33,000 bases of DNA from Dicyema japonicum (taxonomy: Eukaryota; Animalia; Dicyemida): NCBI GenBank assembly GCA_011109175.1, contig RDEW01000049.1, forward strand, positions 93,215 to 126,214, read 5' to 3'. Positions 23,604-33,000 of this stretch are shown piece by piece; positions within the stretch are counted from its first letter, which is position 1; every line of letters starts with the position of its first letter. A model generated the notes under the pieces. The model made no database searches. It was given only the letters and a program-made list of their open reading frames with translations, and had not been told where the DNA came from. The position numbers and the translations under genes were made by a program.

Positions 23604-25422
23604 GTTTACTCACAGTGTGTTTTCTTGTTTCAGGTGCTTTTTCTAACTGCTTATTCGGAGTGCGCAAGATTTTTCAGCAGAGACTTTTAGCCCTCTCAAG
23701 TTGCACCAATGCTCAATCTGGTCGACATACTCCCGGATTCTTCCTTCGGATATAGAAGATTTTAGAGATGTGTCCACAACGATTACGTCATCTGCATAAA
23801 TAAGAAGACTAGTATTAATATTCCTCGGACGTGGAAAACTCGCCATAAATATATTAAACAAAATAGGGCTCAATACTGAACCTTGAGGGACTCCTCTTTT
23901 GAATGATATTGCATCAGATATATATCCACACACCTTCACAAAAAATTGTTTTTCCTGAAGATAATTTCTTAGCCAAACAAATAGGTATCTTGGAACATAT
24001 GCTGATACAAGCTGCTTTAACAACGCTTCATGGCATACACTCTCGAATGTTTTAGAGATATCAAGACATAATAAGTTTATTTTTCTCTTAGAATCCTTTG
24101 CTTTCATGATCTCAGAATTCAGTAGAAAGAAACAGTCTGTACAGCCTCTTCCGGGACGAAAACCACACTGCTCCGGAATCAGAAAGTTGTTTTCTTCTAT
24201 ATGTCTACTTAGCCTTTTGAAAATGATACGTTCAATCACTTTCGCGAAAGAACATATTAAGCTAATTGGTCTGTAGCTTGTCGGATCTCTCTTTGGCTTC
24301 CCTGGTTTTGGAATCATCCTCGCAACAGCTATCTTCCATATTAAAGGCAAGTGGCCAAGTCGCAAACACCCATCATAAAAACATCGCAGATAGTCAAACA
24401 AACTATCCGGACACTCTTTGATAAGTTTCATTGATATGTGGCCATATCCTGGAGCATTGACCTTGCATTCCCTGATAGCTGTCATCACTTCAAAGATGCT
24501 GACAGAGCTAACAGCAATAGGTAGTTCTCGTCGGAGTGTTCAAATATATCGGCAGACACCTTTTTTTGTCATCAGGGATCAAACTCCACGGATCCACACC
24601 CTGAATTTTTTGGAGCTGATCCCTGAATATCGAAGGTGTTTCCTTCGTTATGCATACTCCCCCGTCTGGTTTATCCAGTATAATTTTTTCTGGACCCGAC
24701 TTCGGACACATTATCTTCTGACAGCATTTCCAAAAAAAGGGATTCTTCATATCAATTTTTGCAGCCTCAGCCTTTCCCCTCATAGTTGTTAAAATAACGA
24801 TAGAAGAACTCGATAACCTTAAAAAAAACTTACTCCCAGTTAGAAACGAGGTACTTACTAAGTAACCGAATAAGACCATTTCCGAGAAGGACTGGACTGA
24901 CTTTATTGAGAATGCCTACACAAATCTATTGAGTCTACGGACGACTTTATTTTTCGATCATTTGTACCATTCTGTTTCACATAAGGACTTAATTTCGTAA
25001 ATTTTTAAGATCCCCACCACGTGACGCTCCCGTGTGATAAAGAAGGCGACAAATATACAAGAGAATGCAACCCTTCTGACAATGAAGTAAATGAGTTGGT
25101 GAAAAGATCCTCTCAGGTTGTCATTGTCGCTTGAACTCATCGATAATAATGATAATATAAAAGACCTTGAAAATTGTATTGAGAATCTGGAGTTTTTGTT
25201 AAATGACGATTAGTTTTTTGATGTTTTTGTTAGATTTGCTTCCATATTTAAATTCGGTGATTTTTAGTCCGGTAGTTAAGTTTTTTACCGATGTTGCCTG
25301 ACAGCCAGGGACATTCTACGGAGACATTGATTTGGAGTTGTCTCAGAGGGGGAAACGATTAGATGGACTATAAGAAGGACAGTAATGGAGGGTACACTGC
25401 TTTCTATTTGTCAGGTTGCAAC

Positions 25423-25473
25423 GCTTTTGCATGACAGTTCCATTGTGAATGTGCTTTTGCATGACAGTTCCAT
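25423..25473. repeat. Short direct repeat, 30-bp period
   Basis: GCTTTTGCATGACAGTTCCAT at 25423 and 25453. Confidence 0.9.
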
Positions 25474-25974
25474 CGTCTTCTCTGGGAGCGTCCAAACTGA
25501 CTGGCATCACTAGTTCAATTACCATGTAAAGTGACATACTCACTAAACCAACTTAATATGAGGTCATTTAAAACAAACACTTGATAAACTCAGGGTTATG
25601 ATAATTTCAACATTTCCAGAACTTTTGGGCAATCTCACTAACACGATCCACCAACGTACGAAATACGTTTGGAATACAATTTTGAGACAGACATTGTTTA
25701 AGAGCAAAATCAGTTCAGAGATATAAATAAACAACATTTAGATCACTATACAGAAATTATTTCACCAGCATCTAATATGGAAACAATTTAGATTGTCTTG
25801 TTACGTAATAAATCGTTTTTGTTCCAAAAAATTATTGTGATAAAAAGTCTAGAAAAGTAGCTATTCGTTTATGAAGTTAATTTTTATTTTTTTATCATAT
25901 TTTTAATTTATGTTTTTAAAACATTCAATATTTTTTCCTAGTGATTGAAGTTGCTTGCGTTTTTTGTATTCTAA

Positions 25975-26306
25975 TGAGCGATTGGCTGAATGACTAGATC
26001 TTCGTAGTCACAGAGGCGCGTTCCATAGTTCATTCCTATCGTGGCCTCGAGAGGCATTGGTGTCTGGAACTCTCCAGAAATCCAGCGTTCCGGATTTTGA
26101 AGGCTCTTTTTCAACAAGCATCGATCTTCATGACATTTGTCCAAGAGATGAATTGGCCTAAAAATTACATGCGTAAGAAATCATTGTTCAATGTATTGTT
26201 TGTATATAGTACATAAAATTGGATGATTTCTGTACTTCCATTAGCAAGTGAGACTGTTCAAGACATAGACTTCTTTTTTGCATTTTGTTATAACGTTTTC
26301 TACATA
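25975..26306 (-). mobile_element. Jockey/I-like LINE post-RT fragment
   Basis: YVENVITKCKKEVYVLNSL...HPILCTIYKQYI...LKKSLQNPERWISGEFQTPMPLEA. The last part resembles the RxITGAFRTTP pattern of I-group C-termini. Confidence 0.65.
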
Positions 26307-26639
26307 TCTTACCATTATTACGACACTCAAGAAGCTATCAATCGCATGCATTTGAATAGCTGAGACAGAAAATTCTGTATTTGACCATAAACTGTCAGGT
26401 TGGGGGTCTTCTTTATTATAAGAGAGTTTATTGTATTCAATAGTCTGCTGAGGACCATAAAATCAACGAAAATGTTTAATAGTGTTCCTTTTCGAACTAC
26501 AAACAGACGATTGATCTTTTTGAGAAGCTGTGTGCTGAGAATCAGTATTATTGGCTCATCACTAGGGCGATTTTTATGAAGTCAAAAATTCATATGTTCT
26601 TTAAAATTCTGTCTCACGGAACAAGTGCCTTTCTGTGTC

Positions 26640-27140
26640 TCACGAAAACTCACTTTTGTCTATGTGGGTGGATGTGAAAAAGCTTACGATTCAGTTGATC
26701 ATTTTTACCTTGTCGAGTGCCTACACAGTCTGTGTATGCCTGTGTGGTTCATCAACTTTGTAGTGGCTGTGATGAATAGGTGGAGTATTTATCTGAACTA
26801 TAATGGGCACCGGATAAGCGAGGTAAAACTCAAGAGGGGGATCCTTCACGGGAATAGCTGCTCTTTGTTCTCTGTTTGGAGCCATAGAGTCGCCGTCCCA
26901 ATGACCGGTTTGAACAAATACCAGTTCATTGTGAGGGGGTTTGTTTCAGTACAGATCACCTTCACTTTATCGATGACCTGAAGATGTATGCTCTACTCCA
27001 TAAGGGTCTGTGCCAGGGAAATCTTTGAGAGTATACGACTAGATTTGAATTATTCAAAATCTGCGACTAACACGAAAGTATGTAGCGAGATAGTAAGAGT
27101 CCTAGAAGAACACGAAGGATATAAGTATCTGGGTGTTACC
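26640..27140 (+). mobile_element. R2/R4/NeSL-like RT fragment (motifs 3-7)
   Basis: KAYDSVDHFYL, KLKRGILHGNS, FIDDLKMYA (shifted frame), LNYSKSA, GYKYLGV. Similar in style to 11180-11760. Confidence 0.8.
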
Positions 27141-28096
27141 TTTAACTTTTTTCTCAGTGTATCCGGGGTTAATAAATTAAATTAATAACGTGCTTATTAT
27201 TTAATTGGTAAATCAGTTGGTTCTTAGCAGACTAAATAGACATTTTACATCCAAGCATCCGGACTATTCCAAAAAATCTGTGGATTATTTTATGCATTTG
27301 AAAAACAACACAAATTTTATTTAGTTTTTATTATGCATTTTAGATCCAGTCAAATGTCGTTTAGTGATACTATTGAGTTCAACTGAATCATTAAAATGTT
27401 CATATCTGATTTTTGAATTTATTTCAAAATTATTGAAACCTCATACAATTATAAAAATGATAATCCCTGATTGTCGTATCACATTCTGACTATGTTTGGT
27501 CATAAATATGAGCAAAAATAATGATATACCTTTTTCAGATAATACTGTTTAATGTAAGATTTGTTATTTGTCGGAGAATATTGAAAACAATGTTTTATTT
27601 TCTATTAAGAAACTCGTTTTTCATTACAACTTGTCCATTAAATTGCCAATTTTTGTACTCACTTTTACGTAGCCGAAAAAATTTAAATTTTCATTTTTAC
27701 GATTAGTCTCCCGCGAGAATTATTTTCTGAAAACCTCTGATTTAAAGATAAGATATTTTCTGTATTTTTTCATGGATGAAGTGCTATACAATTAATCAAA
27801 TAAATAATCTCAAAATTGTGACATAGAAAACAAATTAAATATTAATAATTTAAATTGTTACGTCTTAATGAATTGTAACGTGTTCGCCGTCGTTTAATTA
27901 TAAAAAAGATTCCACAGATAATTGTAATTCCACCAATTACACAAATTTCCATTATATATTTGTTATCTAAAGTTATATATTTATGTACTTTTTTGAATAA
28001 TAATAGTTGTTGAAGTATATTTTTTGCTTTTTGATGTGAATAGTGCCGTTGACTGTAATTTGAGATTTGTTCTTATATCATTTTGACATTCAAGTT

Positions 28097-28420
28097 CTAA
28101 ATAATGATTAATTTAAAATAACTATTTCCGGTAAAACTTGTTCTATTATCTATAAATGATAATTTTATTTTCAAATCACTTATAATGACTTTATCATATG
28201 GAGGGAAATATAGAACACTTTTGCTACATTTATAATAACTGTTATTTGTAAATTTCTCAGGAAAATCAAATAATCTATCAGGGTCTAAGTTAATAAACAA
28301 ATTTCTTTACATTTATGGTTGTATGCTAATAATTCTAAACGAACAGATAATAAACGTTCTGTAGTAAAAGATTTGCTAGTAAATATCAATTTTATGTCAA
28401 TTTTTCTTCCATAAAAACAT
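28097..28420 (-). pseudogene. Unknown coding relic, weakly Polinton/adintovirus penton-like
   Basis: SVRLELL.../...LFDFPEKF...SVLYFPPYDKVIISDLKIKLSFIDNRTSFTGNSYFKLII*. The resemblance is by eye only. Confidence 0.2.
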
Positions 28421-28571
28421 AACTTCACCATATTCAGTATTTTTTAATTCAAATTTTGCATCATTTAAATTTTCATGTAAAATCTTTTTTAATATAATGA
28501 GATTACAGTATTATTGATATTGTATGAAACATCAATTCTTCCTTTAAATAAAACTAAACGCTAGTATCCTC

Positions 28572-28905
28572 TCTAGCAACCCACATTGGCACTCCATTAT
28601 CAATTATTTTTGAAATTATAATTTCACTCATCATTGATTTATAAATGATTATACATGAAAATACTGGTAATATTATTAATTATTATAAACCTATTAATTG
28701 GAACATTCACACAACGTTATTGTCACAATTAATCACAATCTAGCAACCCACATTGGCACTCCATTATCAATTATTTTTGAAATTATAATTTCACTCATCA
28801 TTGATTTATAAATGATTATACGTGAAAATACTGGTAATATTATTAATTATTATAAACCTATTAATTGGAACATTCACACAACATTATTGTCACAATTAAT
28901 CACAA
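28572..28905. repeat. Tandem duplication, 2 x 167 bp
   Basis: 28572-28738 and 28739-28905, two substitutions. Confidence 0.95.
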
Positions 28906-29018
28906 TTTTTATTAAAATAAAATCAAATAAATTTAATAAAATATTATTTAATTATTAACATAATTAGTTAATGAGATCCCTCAAAGTCAAACATAGAGTT
29001 ATATTACAAGTAGATTCT

Positions 29019-29302
29019 TCAAATTGTAAACAAACGATATTATCAATTCAATAAAATTAAGTTAAACAGTGATAAAATCTGACCAAGAAAATTGTTGATT
29101 CTTCACAGAAGACAGAGATCTGGGATTTTTATTTAAATTTATGTTTTCTAATAATTATAATCAAATTGTAAACAAACGATATTATCAATTCAATAAAATT
29201 AAGTTAAACAGTGATAAAATCTGACCAAGAAAATTGTTGATTCTTCACAGAAGACAGAGATCTGGGATTTTTATTTAAATTTATGTTTTCTAATAATTAT
29301 AA
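29019..29302. repeat. Tandem duplication, 2 x 142 bp
   Basis: 29019-29160 and 29161-29302, no differences seen. Confidence 0.95.
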
Positions 29303-29399
29303 TTTTAATTTTTAAATATCAATTAAATCATTCTTTTTTGTGGAAGGTGATGTTTGTTATGTGACAAATCAATTCCTGACTGAGGAGATAGTCGACCTG

Positions 29400-30030
29400 G
29401 AAAAGGAAGAAATTTAAGTCAGTCCTCTTAATCATTTACTCAGGCAGTCTGCCAGAACAAACAAGTATTGATAAGCTCCGAAACAATGAGAAACCGTTAG
29501 CTAGAGCGAAGGCATTGTTATAGGTTTGCTACTCTTGGGTCATTCAGGCACTATAATATGACAGATGATATATTAATTTGGAATATTTTGTGTGGTAATG
29601 ATATTGCTAAAATGTGAGATAATTTCTATTCACTATTGTAGTCTTGATGGCGCATGTAATTTGGTTTATCAAAAAAAGACAAAATCAATTTTTATATTAG
29701 CGAAAATAATGCCATTAATCAGAATGAATATCATTGGCTTAAAATACGTTTCACAAATACAAATTTAACAACAAAAAATATTTATTTTATCTCAAAAGGC
29801 TAATTCTAATTAAAATGTTCTCTATCCAATTCGTGATTACAGCTTTCAAGTCTAATTTCAATAGCTGAAGATTGTCGATATTATTCAAAAAAATGAGGTA
29901 GGAAAAAATCTTTATGTTGCATACAAAGAAATCAATTGAAAAGATGTCCTACAAATATCATTTATTGAAAAATCGTGGACTCGACAACTGTAAACTGTTT
30001 CAAACATGCAAAGTTGAGTATTAGGACATC
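29400..30030 (+). pseudogene. Decayed pogo/Tigger-like DDE transposase domain
   Basis: Frame-hopping fragments SLPEQT, QFVITAFKSNF, KDVLQISFIEKSW and STTVNCFKHAK. These mirror LPxxT, DQGIIxxFKxxY and AWxxVxxxTIxNCFRKAG of the DDE_1 family. Confidence 0.5.
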
Positions 30031-31649
30031 AAAGTTTATTAGGCAGATCGAGTAGCCTCTCACGATTGCAACAGATCAACTGGAGATGCCGTCGAGTCTC
30101 ACGTTCGTCGAGGATAACTCAAATGTAACTGTAAACTCAATCTTATCCTCAATCTAATCAACCATTTTAACACACCTAATACGATTTCTTCTCATTAGTC
30201 CCAGTTAGATTGGAAACATTAACTATTAATTTGGTCCTTGTGCATAACTGTCATATTGTTCAGACTTTTTTTCAACACCTCTGATTCAAGTCCGTTGTTT
30301 AATTCCTTTATTTTTTAGAACCAAAAGTATTAGAAGGTAGGATCTACCATGGTAGACAATAAATTATGAGATCAGCCAGTAGATGTTACATGTTAGTTTT
30401 TGAGTTAAATAAAATTGGTTTGTTTTGAAAAATAAAAAAAACTAATTAATTAAAAATTGTATAATTGATAATGATGCAATATACAAAGGTATCCACTATA
30501 TAATATTTTGGATAGTCTGAAGTACTGGGCAGTAGAGCAAAATTATCAAATTTATTAAATTGAACCAGAAAATAGCTACGAAATTACAGATTGAATATAT
30601 ATTTCCCGCCGACTTGAATTAATTGAATATTTTTTTGAGTTAACATTTCGACAATAATTAAATTTATTACAAAAACGTCTTATACACTAATGTTTTGAGC
30701 TCAACTCTTAGGACAAAATTTTGAGAAATCGACGTTGTAATAATTTTGATGATTGTACTCTTGTGTTAAAAATGATAAGAACAAAACATTGATTGTACTT
30801 ATCATGAATTTGCGTCAATTTAAAGTCGATCCCATACATGCTTCTAATATCATCCTCTAGTAATGTTACTTAAGTTATTCGGCTACCAAGTGGATGGGTT
30901 CACTTCAGTTATTAATATGATCTAATCTGGTATATTTTCTGCGGGAATTAATGGCTAGATAGAACCGAGGAGACATTCATACCTTTTTTAATTCATTGAG
31001 TCACAAATGTTTATTTACTTTCCTCTTGTCTTTGATGGACTTCTGCGTAATTTTGATAAGCATATCATTTTACGTTTGAAATCCTAGAAACAGGATATTC
31101 TTAATTTCTGCTATTAAATCTTTTTGCTACAACGAACAGTATCGAAGATTCTATTTATGAATTAATAATATCTGTAGTAATTCTCACTTGGCTTCTCAGA
31201 GCGGATAATTCATCATGATTCTTATATTAGAAGCCCTTCTTCACTATGTTCAGAACGTTTTGTAGTAGTAAATTTTAAATTCGCTGTCCGCCTATTTCGG
31301 CTTGTCGTTCTACAGACAAGATTGATATTCAAATAGATATTCTCAAGTCATTAGTTGCTTTATAGCACAAATAGCCAGATGATGTGTTTTCTGAAAAGTT
31401 ATTCGGGTGTAACTATCATAAAGGTGGGTGTTACTCACAGAATCGCTCTACGACTGTGATGGTTGGAAAATGGAATTGATTATATCTCCCAAACAAATTG
31501 TTAATAAAACAATAAACTCCTTGTTATTTCTTATGACTGAGGTTGCTACTACTTTCAGAGAAAGAACTCAAAACACTAATAAGTAGCTGGAAATAACCAC
31601 ACATAGAAGTAACTGTGGCACTCCAAAAATATCTGTACTCGACCAATAT

Positions 31650-32830
31650 GATCAAGTCAATTCATGCAAACAACTACACAAGACGCAAATAAAAAGCTAT
31701 AAAACGAAAATGCCACAAAAAATATCATTAAGTGAATATTATCAATTAGTATAGTCACTTTCACTCGGGAGAGACTATTAACGGGACAATCCATCAGCCC
31801 CAGAAAATCATTGAGTTTCTCATTCCTCATAGCTTTCTCAGATCTGTCAACAGAAGAGCAGACAAAAGTCATCAATAACTGAACAAATCTAAGTATTTCC
31901 ACTGACGCAGAATTTCTAGTAAGAATAAGAACACCCTAACTTCGTCATCCCACGTCGACAGACATACTCAAAATATATTTGGTTCGACTGAGATAAAAAC
32001 TTCAAAAACAGTTAATAAGTTCTTCTCGACTGATATAGTCCATTTAATTCAGAAAATCAGACACACGTTTGAATTTTTCCCACAACTCCAATGCACGTGG
32101 GTCAACCGACAGATCGAATAGAACAATTCATAAGTTTTACTACAGTTCATGGCGTTATTATTGTATTCCATCATGTTCTCAATACTAATATATTCTTCGA
32201 GTAATATTTATCTAGCGTACTCCATTATCAGAGCTTCCACTACCACCATGTCCGCAATAATCCACTGTTTCGCATTCTTAGCTCAGCAATTACGATCTTA
32301 TTCTCAATTCGGCTCCTTAAATCACACTTCTATGAAATAATCAATCGTTGTATACAGCTTTCCTTTCTGCTGATGCTTGCTGAACCTGCAGAGAATCGCA
32401 AGTCATCTTCCCAATCCTTTCAGTATCCTCATCAATCTTCCTTTTCAGGTCTTCCATCATAGAAAGCACTATCAGTTCTTCACGTTCTTTCAGCCTCTCC
32501 TTCTCACCATTAATTTCCTCAACTCTCATTTGGAAGTACACCATTAGTTCATCCCACTGAGTGTCTCAATATTCCACAGAAATAAGTTAGCATATTCAAT
32601 AGTTTGACTTAACAATTGCCGGTTTTCATTCTACTTTAAATCAGAAGTCGATTTAATTTGGCGTATTTTCTTAGTCCCTCTGTATTCTCGTACTTTCATG
32701 CATAATAATTGAAAACCTGTCATAATATCTTATTGATATTCTAATAATATTCTGAAATTTCATCAAAGGCTTTTCTGCTACTCACATTCTCGGAGCACTC
32801 ATATACAAGTTCCTCCAGCTGTCATATTTT
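31650..32830 (-). pseudogene. Decayed coding-like region with a coiled-coil-like segment; product unknown
   Basis: ORF 32341-32544 (RVEEINGEKERLKEREELIVLSMMEDLKRKIDEDTERI) plus flanking frame-hopping peptides (QLEELVYECSE, LLEEYISIENMMEY, SREELINCF). Confidence 0.3.
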
Positions 32831-33000
32831 TTCAGTATATGTTAGTATTTTAATATCTTGAGGGTTTCTTCTACCATTTTTAGAGTTTCGGGTTTCAAGG
32901 TCTCGCACGTGTATTTAACTGTTAAGCATTTGTTGTGAATTTTTTGGAGATATAACTATAGTTAAAATAATAGACTCACTCGTGGAGGATTAGGTTCATG

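Larger units (their letters stand above)
22770..24880 (-). mobile_element. Jockey/I-like LINE: linker, RT, C-terminus and 3' tail
   Basis: ORF 23643-24488 (281 aa): IPKPGK, SYRPISL, QCGFRPGR, LDISKTF, GVPQGSVLSPILFNIF, IYADD. It continues in frame through stops to RYLGVD and ILPSLLYGCEGW. The 3' end is AATAAA followed by (TTG)n at about 22770-22795 on the minus strand. Confidence 0.93.

Noticed and set aside
22537-24792. Plus-strand ORFs 22537-22731, 23495-23755 and 24418-24792
   Set aside because: Antisense shadows of the minus-strand RT frames.
25300-25560. hAT-like RWNCHAKAL motif on the minus strand
   Set aside because: One short motif inside a 30-bp duplication, with no further hAT signature.
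30780-30900. Tc1-like KHVWDRL motif on the minus strand
   Set aside because: The upstream SPDLNPIE pattern is absent and the frames are full of stops.

Overview
This is very AT-rich eukaryotic DNA, essentially a transposon graveyard. I found no intact host gene, rRNA, tRNA, CRISPR array or prokaryotic operon, and I cannot name the organism. Recognisable content is mostly decayed mobile DNA. (1) Non-LTR retrotransposon pieces from several lineages: a Jockey/I-like family (best copy 22770-24880, with a 281-codon RT ORF), a BovB-like RTE (21487-22720), a second RTE-type family with a YADDxDF motif, an R2/R4/NeSL-like RT family and a possible L2/Rex1-like piece. (2) Two stand-alone rve-type (Ginger/KRBA2-like) integrase relics. 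(3) pogo/Tigger-like and hAT-like relics. (4) Two inverted copies of a ~300-bp SINE-like element. (5) Two decayed coiled-coil-like coding stretches of unknown origin. The most striking unexplained pattern is five young head-to-tail duplications of 107-167 bp with 0-1 nt junction microhomology. Other leads are a probable 5'-inverted (twin-primed) LINE, an internally deleted RTE, a degenerate hammerhead-like motif in the SINE-like element and a weakly Polinton-penton-like relic. Duplications that abut N positions may be assembly artefacts. I see no strong evidence for a new multi-gene system. All family assignments come from motif recognition by eye, not database searches.
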